Assembly (NCBI GenBank): GCA_004431415.1
Contig: QPMI01000017.1
Location: 682,001-746,000 of the forward strand
DNA from: Cyanophora paradoxa CCMP329
Taxonomy: Eukaryota; Plantae; Glaucophyta
Reading direction: 5' to 3'
Length of the DNA: 64,000 nt
In this document: positions 12,994 to 25,287 of the stretch, in pieces
How positions within the stretch are numbered: position 1 is the stretch's first letter
Layout: the number at the start of each line of letters is the position of its first letter
The notes under the pieces: model-generated
What the model was told of the DNA's origin: nothing
Databases searched by the model: none
What the model saw: only the letters and a program-made list of their open reading frames with translations
Made by a program: the position numbers and the translations under genes

Positions 12994-14862
12994 TTACTTG
13001 CCGGCGAGCCATGGGAAGACGCCTACGAAGTCGTCCGTGTTCGTGCGGTAGTCGATCAGCACCTGCGGGGCCGAGGCGTGAGCGGGCGAAGGGTGCGGGG
13101 GCGGGGGCAGGGGCCGGGTCGAGCGGCGCGCCTCGTCGCCGGGGTTGATGGTGCGGGTGGCGAAGAGGCCCATCCCCAACAGGTCCTGGCCCTCGTACTG
13201 CCGGCCCCGAGGTCAGAGGCGGAGGCGGACGGGGGTCGAGAGAAGGCTTGGGGCGGGCGGGGCGGGGCGGGGCGGCGAGGCGCGCCTGGAAGGTCCATTC
13301 GAGCTCGGTGGCGTTGCGGGCGCGGCCGTGCCCGTGGTTGATGCGCGTGTAGAAGTTGTCCCAGTCGTCGTAGTGCTCCACGTAGCTCCACATCGCCTTC
13401 TCTGCCTGCCGAAGAGGAGGAGGAAGGGGGCTCGGGGAAGGCCCGAAGAGGAGCAGGAGGAGGCAGGGCGGGCGCACGTTGCCGGGGTCGACGACTGCGG
13501 CGACGCGGATGCGGTAGAACTTGTCCTCGATCGACCTCGCCTGCGGTGCGCGGGGGCCGTGAGGGGGGCGGGCGGGGTACGAAAGAAGGGCGGGGCGCGC
13601 CCTGTCGAGGTCCTCGATCGGCTCCATCTGCCCCTTGGGGGCCAGCCGCGCGGGGACTGCCGCGCCGGCTCAGCTCAGGAAGGCGGCCGGGGCCCTGTAC
13701 CCCCCGGCCCGCGGGCGCACTGATCATGATCTGCTCGCCGCCCTTAATGGTCTCGAAGGCGCGGACGCCCCAGCCCTTCTTCCCCGGCTCGTGCATCAGG
13801 CCCACCTGCGCGCGAGGGGCACGCGCACAGCGCCGGCGTCGGCGGGCGCCGCGGCCCCCCGCCCCCGGAGGCGCGCTCGCTCGCCTTGGGCGTGTGCCAC
13901 GCCTTGAAGCACTGCGAGGGACCGCGCCCCAGCCACTGCGCCCCGCCGCGTTGGGGACGAGACGGCGAGGGGTGTGTGTGTGGGGGGGGGGGGGGGGGGG
14001 GGGGGGCGGGGTACGAGAAACGCGCGCACGGCCTCGACGAAGCGCGTGTCGACGATGTCGGGGTCCTCGCCGATGCCCTCGTTGAGGTCGACCTCGCCCC
14101 GCCGGACCTCGATGCGGCCCCCCTGTCGCCCCCGTCCCCCTCGCCCTCGCCCTCGCCACCCCCCGCCTTCTCCTTCTTCTTCTTCTCCCGCGGCTTCCGC
14201 GGCTTCCGCTCCTTTTTCTCCTTCCCCTCTCCTTCCTCCTTCTTCGCCGCCCCCCGCCGCGCCCGCTTCCCCTTCGCCCCGCCCTCCGCCGCCTGCGCCC
14301 CCGTCAGGCAGGCGGGCCGCGCGGGTGCCGCGGGCCATGCCGGCCCGGCCGCACCGCGCTCTTGTCGCCCTCCTCGCGGCCGCGCTTGCCGGCCTTCGGT
14401 TCGTCGCCGGAGCCCTCCTTGGACTCGCTCTCGGACTCCACCTGCCGCCCCCGGCTCGCGGCTCGCGGCGGCTCGGGGCGCACGGCGCGGCGCAGGCACC
14501 TCCTCTTCCTTTTCCTCCTTTTTCGCCTTCTCCTTCTGCCAGGAAGTCAGCTGACGGCCGGCTCGCGCGCGAAGGCAGCGCACCTTCGGCCGGCCCCGGG
14601 CGCCCTTGTCGCCGCTCTTCTTCACGTCCTCTTTTGCGGGCTTGGCGGGCGAAGGGCGCGCGCGGGTGCGCTTGGACGGCGTCGACTTCTCCTCTGCCTT
14701 CTGCGCCGCGCCCGAGGCCCGTGAGCAGCAGCCCACGTTTGGCGGGCCGCCGGCGGCCTCGGCTGCTACCTAGCAGCGCAGCATAGCTTTGGATTACCTT
14801 CTTCTCTTCATCGGCACTCACGCTCGCGCCCGCGCCCTCTTCGGTCTGGTCGTGGACGACAT
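12994..14862 (-). CDS. SET-domain protein with a Lys/Glu-rich N-terminus (spliced; start uncertain)
   Basis: PGKKGWGVRAFETIKGGEQI, FYTRINHG and LFATRTINPGDEVLIDY are the canonical SET motifs. Confidence 0.75.
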
Positions 14863-15150
14863 GTCAGATCGAGGCTGGCAGTGGGAACACGTCGAGCCCC
14901 GGGGTCGCGCTCTAGACGTTTCCTGCGAGATCGACTCACCGCTGCGCGCCGCGCCGAATCCTTGCCCTGCGAGGTTCCATCAGTTCGAAAACGGGCGTTC
15001 GGTGCGCCGAGGTCATTTACGGCGCACCCGCATGGATTCCGCCGAATTGCCCGTTGCTGCTGAGGGTTCTGTGCCGGGCTGGGCCGGTCGAAAGTGTTTT
15101 TTTGTTCGGCGGGAGGGGGTACAAACGCGGAAAGCATCGCGGGCGCAGCC

Positions 15151-16317
15151 ATGCTGTTTCTCCAGGTTTGCTGCCCACCGATGACTTACGAACGATTGCT
15201 GAGCCGCATATGTGCAGCTCGTTTACTGCCTGTTGCTGACTTATGGCCCGGCGTTCGTCGTGTACAAATCGACGAATCTGTGAGCCTTCCCATTCGTCCG
15301 GAGCGCTTTAGGCCGTCGATGGCCACCGCGCGCGTCCCAGCGGCCGCAGCCTCACGCGCGCCGTCCGCCCAGGTCGGAGTTCAATGCGCTCTTCCCGTGC
15401 CTCTGGGCCGGCCTGTTCTACGGCGCGACGCAGCTCGTAAAGGTGCGCCGCCCGCTCGCGGCGTGCAACGCTTCCCAAACTCCCGCGCCGCAGATGATCC
15501 TGCTCGCGACATTCCTGCCCACGTCCGAGAGCGAGACCTTCGAGACCGGCCTGGTGCGAGATGCGACGGGACACCGCGGCGCTCGGGCGGGCGGGCGGGG
15601 CGGCTGCCGGGGGGCGCCGCCTCGCGAGCGTCCCGGCCGCCGCTCACCGCGCGGGCGCGCAGGAGCTCGTGAAGGCGCTCTTCGGCGTGGTGGACATCGT
15701 GGGCCTGCACTTCGCGCTCAAGAAGACCCGCGCCGGCACCACTGACGTCAAGGTCCTCGCCGTCGGCCTCGGTCCGCCCGCCCGCCCCGCGCCGCCCCGC
15801 CCCGCCCCGCCCCGCTCAGCGGGGCGGCCGGCAGGCTGGGCGATCGCGGAGTCGGTGCTGCAGCGGGCGGCGCCGATCTGGATGGCGGCGCGCGGCATGG
15901 AGTTCGAGTGGTCCCAGGTCCAGGCCGGCATCGAGGCCAACGCAAACCTCGTGCGCCCCTCGCCCCGTCCCTCCCAGCTCAGCTCGGCTCGCCTCGCCTC
16001 TCCGCCGCACAGGCCAGCCCCTGACGCGCGCGCGCCCCGCCCCTCGGCAGCTCTTCCACATCGCGATGTCGGCGATCGTCTTCGTGTACGCGGCGGGCCG
16101 GCGCCAGGAGGGCGGCTCGGGGCGGGAGCCCCTGCTCCTCGTCGTCATGGGCGCCGCCGTCGCGTTCCCCTTCCTGGCGGGCTACCTCCGCCACAAGGCG
16201 GCCGCCGAACCCTGGGCCGTCCTCGGCCTCCACGTCGCCTTCTGCGCCGCCGTCGCTGTCGCCGCCCGCCAGCTCTACTCCCGCTCCGGCGGCGCCACCA
16301 CCCCCAAGGCCCGGTAG
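15151..16317 (+). CDS. TMEM147: Transmembrane protein 147 (BOS complex subunit), spliced
   Basis: Exons: LVYCLLLTYGPAFVVYKSTNL|SEFNALFPCLWAGLFYGATQLVK|MILLATFLP...|KVLAVGLG|WAIAESVLQRAAPIWMAARGMEFEWSQVQAGIEAN. Confidence 0.85.
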
Positions 16318-16528
16318 CCCGCCTGCCGCCAGCGCCCCTTCGCTTCCTAGTAGTTCCAGGGCCGCCTGTCGGTCTTCTTTTGATCCAATCCATCTTTGAA
16401 CGCTACGCTTAAGCTCCCGGATTCGGTCGTGCCTAATCTTTAGATCTTCCTGCCTGCCTGCCTGCCTGCTCCTGCGCTGTGCACTGGCGCTACGCTACAG
16501 CCTATAGCTACCGGAGCCCCGGGCGGGG

Positions 16529-18061
16529 CTACTCCTCGCCCTTGGTGAGGGACGGGGGCAGGAGCGCGAAGCGGAGCGTCGCGGAGCCGCGCCGCGGGAC
16601 CGTCACCTGCCGGGCCGGGGGAAATCAGCGGCGGGGGGTGCAGACGCCGGGGCCGGGGGTACGGGAGGCGCCTCGAAGAGGGCGGTGAAGCGGCCGGCGG
16701 GGGCTTCCCGTCTGAGCACGGGGGGTACGCTCGCCCCGCGCGGGTCCACCCGCCACCTGCCCATGGCCCCGCCGGCCGCCCCGCGTCGGCGGGGCGGAAG
16801 GATGAGAGGGGGCGGGGCGCGGGGCCCCGCGCACCCGGGGCGGAGAGGCCGCTCGACGCGGACGACGGAGGCGGAGGGGAGGCGGCTCTCGATCTGCGCC
16901 GTCGCCCAGAGCCGCCCCGGGCCCCCCGGGCGCTGCCGGCCAGCGTTCCAACCCGTCCCGGAGAGGCGGGCGGGCCGGAGCCGCGCACCTCCTCGGAGTA
17001 GCGGACGCAGACGTCGCGGGGGGCGGCGGCGGCGCCCGGGCCCGAGCGGAGGGCGAGCAGGAGCGGCTGGCCCGCGGCGTGCGCGGCACCGCGCCCCGCC
17101 CGACGAGCTGCGGGGCCGGCTCCGCCCCGGGCGCGGCGGCCACGAGCTGGTGCAGCCGGAACGAGCCTTCCGCGCGCGGGGTCGAACCCGCGAAGGACAG
17201 AGCGCGGCGGGCGGGGGGTACCGCGCGGTATGTCCGACGTGAACGTGCCGGCCTCGAGCGCCAGGGACACCTCGAGCTCGCGGGGCTCCTCCCCCCCGCC
17301 CTCCTCGGGGCAGGGCGCGAGGAAGAGAGTGCGGGCGGGGAGGGAGTCGGCCCGCAGGAGGGAGAGCTGCACGACCGTCTGGTCCTCCAGCGTCACCGGG
17401 TGGGGTACGGCGATGCTCGGGTACGCCACGAGCGGCGCCGGCGCGCCGGCGTCGTCGCCGTACCCGTACCCCTCGCCGGCCTCCCCCGGGGGCACCGGCG
17501 AGCCGTGGACACGCACCCGCGCGTCCCGCAGAGTCACCCCTGCGCGGCAGACAGCGGGCGGCGCGTGGCGGGCGGCGCGATCCGGCGCACCACACGTGTT
17601 CTCGATCAGCAGCCTGGCGGGGTTCCAGATCGTCAGACAGGCCGCCGAGGAGGGAAAGCGTAAGCGGCGGGGGCACCAGCCAGAGATGTCCAGCGTCCCG
17701 CCGCTCTCGGGGCGCCACACCGCGAGGTACTCCTGCGGGGCGGGGCGGGGTGGGGGAGGCCGCCGGCGAGCTTGCGGGCGGGCGGAGATCGTTAGCGCGC
17801 ACCGCGCGCCAGTTGAGGCCCGGCGTCTCGTAGCTTATCTGGCAGGAAGGAGTTGGGCGAGGGTTCGAGAGCGCGGCAGCGCGGCGCGCTGGAATTCGAA
17901 GATACCTCGACAGGCTCGGATGCGGCGTTGACTTCGTTCTCGCTGCACTTCGCCCGCAGCTTGACGAACGGGTAGAGGCACCGGAAGCTGCGCGGCGCCG
18001 TTGCGATTCCGGCTCGCTTCGATTTCGAATTCCAGAACGCGCGGTCTCACGGCTCATTCAT
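16529..18061 (-). CDS. DUF4139-like protein (spliced; 5' end may extend further)
   Basis: ISYETPGLNWRA|EYLAVW...LDISGW...LTIWN, HPVTLEDQTVVQLSLL and C-terminal VTVPRRGSATLRF resemble DUF4139 segments. Confidence 0.45.
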
Positions 18062-18981
18062 GGTGTCCGCGAAGTGGCTCCAGGAGCTGTCCGCATCGGA
18101 GCTGGCGATCGACTGGAGACTGCAGCGCCCCGGCATCAGAGGCGCGAGCGCTCTGCCGCGGCCGCGGCCGGCCAAATTAAATACCTTGTGCTGCGCGGTG
18201 GATGGGGCCGGCTGAGGTGCGTGGGAATCTGCCGCTGAGCCGGTGGCGCAGGCGGAACCGGCATGACCTGCGCGCACGAGCAGCGCGGTTCTGTATGCTC
18301 GACGCCAGCGCGATGCGAGGAGCAAGCGCCTGTGAAGATGTCTCGACGTTCGCGCGCTCGAAGCGGATACGCAGGCTGTCCAAATCGCAATCAGACGGAA
18401 TGTCATGAACTGCGCGGCAGAGCGTCGGCGTTCATGGGAAGCTCGCCGCAAGCAGCCGAGCGCGCCGGCCTCAACAGCGAACAAGCGCCTCGGCCACAGC
18501 GCACCTTCATACGATCTCCTCTGCCTGGTTACGTATCGCCTCTCGGTTATGATTGCCAGCGGGCGCTCGCCGCCGCACGAAGAAGCGCCGTGGATGTCGA
18601 CCTCGACGTCGCGTGCGGCGGCGGGCGATGCTTGCTGCGTGTGCGGCATGCGCGTGGCGCCTTCACCGCGAGCTACACGCGGCGCCGCTCTCGTTTCCAA
18701 GCAAAACACACCTCGTATCGTGCCGTACCCCTCAAGCGAAGCTTTTTGACAGTTTCCGGGGGATCCGCCCGCCCCCGCAGCCACGGCGACCTCAAGAGCT
18801 TGTCTTCTTTGAGCGTACGCGACGCCGCAGCCGGAAGCCGGGTCGCACGCCGCTCTCAAACACCAGCCGGCTCGGCGACGCGAGCAGCGTTCGCTTTGAG
18901 TGGAAAGCTCATACCGTGCCGCCTCACTGCACTCGCGCCTTAGGAGCAGCGCGCAGCGGCAGACGCTAGTGCAAGACAGGA

Positions 18982-21022
18982 ATGCCGCCGAAGCAGTTCG
19001 CGCTCGACGACGACGAGCAGGAGTTCACAGTAGCGGTCATCGACTGGTGCCCACGCCGCGAGCGCTGCGCTCGATCGCAGCGCCCACTTTGAATTGACGC
19101 CCTGCAGCGGAGCGCACACGCTCAAGGCGGGCATCGCTCCTCGCGATGCGCCCTCGGTCGTATTTCCATCTGTGGTCGCTCGGGCCCCGCCGGACCATGC
19201 TGGTGCACTCGGTGGCTCGCTTGGCGGGTCGGGTGATTCGAGCGCCCTGCTGAGCTAGACCGCAGGCCCGTCGCAAGGCGGCGCTTACGGGCGCGTAGAA
19301 TGGTGCGCCGCGCGCCCGCGCGCGCTCGCATGCGCACGCGCTCATCGTCATGGCGCAGGCTGATGGGGAACGAGGCGCTGTGCGGCCGCCTGTCGCCCAC
19401 GCCCGCCCGCCCGCGCCGATGGTTGAGGGCGCAGGGAACGGAGGGACCAGCTGCAGCTGAGGCGGCCGACATCGGGGGTGCGCGGGGCCCGCCGCTTCCG
19501 CGCCGGCCCGCCCGCATGCTCGCGGTGACGGGCGCGGCAGGGGATCGTGACGGACTTCGAAGCGGCGGAGCTGCTCTGGGCGATCGGCATCCGCGAGCTG
19601 AAGGCCCGTCCTTCTTTCGCTCCCGCTCGCCCGCGCCGGGGGCGCTGAGGCGGGGGCAGGCGGATCCGCGGGAGCGGCCGCTGCTGATGGTGGAGCCGCC
19701 GGGGAACCCCCGGACATGCCGCGAGCGCACCACGCAGGTCTTCTTCGAGGGCTTCGAGGCGCCCGCCCGCCCGCCCCGCCCCGCCGCGCCTCGCTTCGCT
19801 CAGGCGGCGGGGCAGGTGCCGTCGCTGTACCTGGCGCCCTCGCCGGCGCTGGCGCTCTACGCGACGGGGCGCCTCACGGCCGTCATCGTCGAGTCCGGCG
19901 AGGAGTGCACCTCCGTCGGCGCGCCCGTACCCCCCGCCCCACCCCCCTCCCTCTCCCCGCGCCTCTACCCCGGCGACGTGCGCCGCGCGCAGTGCCGGTG
20001 GTGGAGGGGTACATCGTGCCGCACGCGGTGGCGAAGATGGACGTGGCGGGGCGGCAGCTGACGGAGCTCATGGCGCGCCTCGTCGCCGACCGCGCCCCCG
20101 CCCTCGACCGCGAGGCCGCCAGGCGAGGCGCCCCTACCCCCCTCCGCCTCCTCCCCCCGACTCCACCCCCCCAGGGACATGAAGGAGAAGCTGTGCTACG
20201 TGGCGGCGGACCGGACCCGCGAGGCGGCCTCGGCGGCCGCCACCGCCCGCCACGAGCGCTCCTGTGCGCCCGCCCGCCCCGCCCCCGCCCGCCCCTCCCC
20301 CAGTCAGCTTTCGCGTTTGCCGGCGGCTGACGGCGGGGCAGTCGAGCTGCCGGACGGGCAGACGATCGTGGTGGGGAAGGAGCGCTTCGAGTGCCCCGAG
20401 GCCCTCTTCGACCCGTCCCTCGTCGGCCTCAGCTGCGCCGGCCTCGGTACCCCCAAGCCGTCTCCCGCGTTGAATTAAGCCGCAGCTGAGGCGGCCCACG
20501 CCGCTCGCAGCGCAGGCGGTGGTCGCGGCGGCGGCGGCGGCGGCGGCGGACCGGGACGAGGGCGCCCGGCGCGAGCTCCTCGCCAACGTCGTCCTCTCCG
20601 GCGGTCCGCCCCCCCCCCCTTCCTCGCCCCTCCTCGCCCCCTCCTCGCCTCCGAGCCGGCGGGGCGGGGCAGGGACGACGCTGGTGGCGGGGCTGGCGGA
20701 GCGCCTCCGCCGCGACGTCGCCGCCCTCGCCTGCCTGCCCCTAAGGCCCGCCCCCGGCCCCGGCCCCGCCCTCCCTTGGTTTCCCTCGCCTCCCCCGCTG
20801 AGCCTGATTCGCGCAGGGCGGTGAATGTGGTGGGGATGCCGGAGCGCAAGTACCTCAACTTCTGCGGCGCCTCCGTCCTCGCCGCCCTCGCCCCCTTCCC
20901 CTCCATGTGCATCCAGGTGCCCGCCCCTCCGCGCCGGCCCGCCGCGCCCTCCGAGCGGCCGGCAGCGCGCCGACTACGACGAGTACGGCCCCTCGATCGT
21001 CCACCGCCGCTGCGCCATATAG
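18982..21022 (+). CDS. Divergent actin-related protein (spliced)
   Basis: VIDC|GAHTLKAG...[20 protein letters not shown]...[13 protein letters not shown]|[60 protein letters not shown]|TT, PERKY and [13 protein letters not shown]. Confidence 0.9.
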
Positions 21023-21196
21023 CCCTTCGTGTGGCTCGGCGCAGCCTGTCGCTTTAGCTAGGAGCCTGGCTTGGGCGATTGATGATAGATATCGATTCAA
21101 TAAATTCTAAAGATCTAGACTCCAAAGAGTATACGGAGTGAGAGGATATCGATCTGAGAGGGTATATACGTATACGTGTACGTGCTCATAATCAGT

Positions 21197-24100
21197 TTAC
21201 ACCTTAATGCCTGCATATTTACAAAGTTGCTTCGCCAGCTGTCCGAAAGAGAACAATATTTCCCGCAGAATGGTGTAAGTCATAATCGCGAAGACCAGTG
21301 TGCCGCCCACTTTCCGACTCCCAGCTAGCCCTGGTCGTCGGCTCTAAGCCGGCAGCTTGCCTTGCCTTGTACCCTTTGTAGCCTGCTATTCCTGGTGCCA
21401 CGTTGTTGCCAACTGGCCCGCTTATTTTAGCCCTGGGCCCTCGCTTGCCCTGCGCGGCGCTCGCTTGCTGTCTGTCGACGTCCCTGTTCTCTGTACTTGC
21501 TGTCTTACGCCGGCTCTGCGCCTGCTGTGTACGTAATGGCACCCGCTTGCCGTCGCCCTACGGTGCTGTACGGGCCTGTCCCTCCCTGCTTGGGGCGCCT
21601 CTGGGCCTAGCCAACTGCTTAGCGCATCCCGCCCAGCGCATGGGGGCTGCTGCGTTGGGCTTCGACTTTTTAGCTCGTATGCCTGGGGACGAACGCTGCG
21701 CTCTTGCCCGAACCCCTGGACAAGCACGCCATCGTTTGCCTCGGCTTGCGCGTACGGCCTCCACTCTCTTGTAGTGGGAAGCGCCTATGCGGCAGAGCTT
21801 AGCAATACGAACCGCATGGTTCATGCCTTTCCACCCGCCACTGCGCCTTTCCTGCTTACGGACCTGGCGCACCACTCTTTCTGTAGTGGGAAGCGTCCGC
21901 CAACCCGTCTATTGAGCCGCATGCGCTCACAGTCATCTAAACGTGCCGCGGCTGCGCTCAAGAGCAAATGCTGATGCAGCCCGCGCGCATGTCGAGTGAA
22001 ACTGTATTGCATTGTATCGGGGGACGACACCACAACGTACTACTAAATGTATTGTATGTGGAGCAACACCCTCTACATCTACACACGTCGTCATACCGAT
22101 CGAATTGCGTGTTGACGCCGATCGAATGATGATCTTCTTGTCGCCGTGGCATGTCGTTTCTTCTCTGGTCCACGTGCAGTGAGACGTATGATGATAAAAG
22201 CTGTCTGAATGAGTATTCTTCATGAACATACCTTCTTCTCGTCGTCGTCTTGTTTTGTCGAGTTGCCCGCATGCTCGTGACATGCCAGGCTCGCAAGGCA
22301 GCTATGAAGCGCCGGTCAATCAATCTTGTCTCTCTGCAGAAAGTACAGAGTCAGCCCGCCAAGACGTGAATGCCCTGGGATAACATGGCCCCAGTCCGCG
22401 CCCGAGGTCTCACCTACGACGGCTGCGATGGCACCTCCGGCTAGCCCGAGGCACGCTCAATGGTGGCGAGTGTATCTGAAGAACGCATGGAGTCAAACCG
22501 CTGCGACGTGAAAGCCCCTGGGATAACATGGCCCCAGTATGCGCCCGAGGTCTCACCTACCCCGCCTTGTGACTCCGCCGGCCGAGTCACTTGGCAACGC
22601 AATGCGGCAAGCTGCGCCGAGCTTGGCCCGCAACGCGTACTCTGCCGCTGCGGCTCTGCTGATCGAGCCTGCGGTCCTACACTACTACACTCTACGTCAA
22701 GTACCTTCTACACTGTGGAACTTTCGACCCGGCGCCGCCGCGGCCCGGCGGCTCGTGTGGCGCGGCGCCGGCTTCGAATTCGAGCTTAGTGCTAGCGCTA
22801 GCACTCGTTTTCCCTTCCGGCGGGATTTAGAGGGTTTGCCCCCGGTTGGCTGGCGGCGCTCCGCGCGCTCTGGCGTCAGGTCGTGGGTCCCTCACCCAAC
22901 TTCCCTTGTTGGGCCCAGTTCCTCATACTGGTGCCGACGGCCTGATGGATTTTAATTTGCCCCTCTGGCCCGCCCGCTGTGGCGCCGAGGACGGCTTTCT
23001 GTGCAGGGACGGTAGCCGGCTTTTGGCTCGTAGTCCGTTCAGCCTCGCCTACGCAGCTTTAGTTCAGCCTTTAGCTCGTAGCGCCGAGGACGGCTTTTTG
23101 TAGCGGGAAGCGTGTGCCGCCCACTTTCCGACTCCCAGCTAGCCCTGGTCGTCGGCTCTAAGCCGGCAGCTTGCCTTGCCTTGTACCCTTTGTAGCCTGC
23201 TATTCCTGGTGCCACGTTGTTGCCAACTGGCCCGCTTATTTTAGCCCTGGGCCCTCGCTTGCCCTGCGCGGCGCTCGCTTGCTGTCTGTCGACGTCCCTG
23301 TTCTCTGTACTTGCTGTCTTACGCCGGCTCTGCGCCTGCTGTGTACGTAATGGCACCCGCTTGCCGTCGCCCTACGGTGCTGTACGGGCCTGTCCCTCCC
23401 TGCTTGGGGCGCCTCTGGGCCTAGCCAACTGCTTAGCGCATCCCGCCCAGCGCACCAGAATGCCTCCAACCTGGAGGAATGAAATGATGACGAGAATGGC
23501 AATCATGCCATTGCGACCTACGCTCGAAATATTGATAAGGAAGCAGAGTGATGCTGAAATAACGACATTTGATACTATGATATAGGGTTTTTGACGCCAT
23601 CATACGTATCTAGCAGTGTGTCGATTACTGTGGCAAGCTCGGTCCAGGTGGGGTAGTCCTGCAGAAATAAAAAATCAGCGAGAAGAATCACTGAGTCAAA
23701 TCATAATCAAAGCTAAGCGTCGTAATATATATATAAGCTAATATTGCCAAGTTGCAAGTTAAGTTGATCATGAAACTTAGAATGCACCGGGACACAGAGC
23801 TTGACGACTGCTCTTATTTTCGAGAGATGAATAAAGCTATCCATCTCTGTTACCAGAAGAATTTCTGTGCTAAATAAAGCAGCAATAAATGGGATAATCT
23901 CGTCAGGGACGAAGTAATGGCAGATAAGGATCATTGTCACATCAAAGAGCAGGAAGACCACCGGTGGAACCAGGGTCCAGAACCAACCGACTTTGATGCC
24001 TGATGAGCGATTGTGGCTGTTTCGATGAGACCAGGCGTGCTTCCGGATCTCTGACCGCAAAGGGCCGTGCTGGAGGAAGAGCATCTTCATTTCAGCGACA

Positions 24101-24210
24101 TCCAGCGCCGACGGGAACTGGTCGATGCCGCGAGCCTTGAACTCGCCGACGACCTCCTCCGGGCTCTTCATGATCAGCTGATGCCTGCGACGGAGCTCTT
24201 GCTCTCGCAT
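21197..24210 (-). pseudogene. Multi-pass membrane protein gene interrupted in its last exon by the LTR element
   Basis: ORF 23713-24210 has hydrophobic segments. Removing 21299-23458 restores the in-frame MIAILVIISFLQVGGIL|VFAIMTYTILREILFSFGQLAKQLCKYAGIKV* (stop at 21197-21199). Confidence 0.6.
21299..23454 (+). mobile_element. Non-autonomous LTR retroelement (TRIM/LARD-like), 2156 bp
   Basis: Two 342-bp LTRs (21299-21640 and 23113-23454) run TG...CA and appear identical. A 4-bp TSD CCAG lies at 21295-21298 and 23455-23458. TGGGGGCT follows the 5' LTR (PBS-like) and a purine-rich tract precedes the 3' LTR. No gag/pol ORF is visible. Confidence 0.9.
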
Positions 24211-24933
24211 GGCGGCTTCGCTGGGTGCGCATGCGGGTGCAGTGCTGAACTTCGGAAGATGACGTTCGAATTCAATTGCGGCCCGTGGCCATAGCCACCA
24301 TCCTGCAGCTGCAGCTGCAGCTGATCATATGCATGATCATGACGGCCATGTAGATTGCGCATGCTAGCTATAGCAGCTGGTGCGGGCGCATCCTGCGCAT
24401 CGATCAGGCCCTGAGGTTCCGAACAAAACAACGCGTACGCTCGAGCTCATTTCCAAACGTCAACGCGCACCGACATGGAGCTATAGCTAGCGCTGTAGAT
24501 CTAGATCACCTCGGAGCTCGTGTAAATGCGCGCGTCTAGATCTTCAACGTCGACCGGGAGCGGCGCCGGCGCGGTACGTGGCCTCCGTAGCAGGCCAGGA
24601 CCGTATGCGCGCGTAGGCTGCCAAAGCCTGCCATATGGATGGCCACTGGCATTGGCCAGTACAGGCCTTTCTGAAGCACCAGTACCCTGGGTGTACGGGT
24701 AGAGGGCCACTAGAGGCAGGCGTGGATGCATGCGCGATCGCGACGTCGACGTCGACGTCCGGTCCCGGTGCGCATGCCGGTCCAGATTCTGTGGGGTCAC
24801 TAGACGGGTACGAGTACTAGCTCCCTGGTGTACACGCGTACACGTACGATCATCGGATCGATATCGGAGCCCAGGCTAGCTATAGTGCACGGTACGAGCG
24901 GCCCCGGTGCACGGCGGCAGCTGAGCAAATGCC

Positions 24934-25287
24934 ATGATGGGCGACTTCTCGTGGATTCCGGGGGTCGGCTCGAGATCCAGCTGGGGGCGCTCGGATGGTC
25001 TCCTCGACAAAGTCAAGAGCATTGACAGAGCACAGCCCATCGCCGCACAGCACTTGGAGAACGCCAAAGAGATTCTTCTCCATCAGCCTTTGAACCCCAT
25101 CAGCTGGGCACTGAACCCGGCACTCGGATCCCTGTACCTTGCTGGTGCCGGAGTGTATGAAGCGGGGAGGTCCGTTACGGGCGGGCTGTATGATCGATAC
25201 AAGCAGTGGAAAGAGGCCCGCGCGGCCGAGAAGGGTGCCCCAGCAGCGCGCGGCTCGATTGGCCAGCTGCCATCCTATATGTTCTAA
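24934..25287 (+). CDS. Hypothetical 117-aa protein
   Basis: Clean ATG-to-TAA ORF with ordinary amino-acid composition and no recognised motif. Confidence 0.3.
   Translation: MMGDFSWIPGVGSRSSWGRSDGLLDKVKSIDRAQPIAAQHLENAKEILLHQPLNPISWALNPALGSLYLAGAGVYEAGRSVTGGLYDRYKQWKEARAAEKGAPAARGSIGQLPSYMF

Noticed and set aside
22780-22910. Chromodomain or pol remnant inside the LTR element (LEGLPP...SWVP)
   Set aside because: Too short and degenerate to support.
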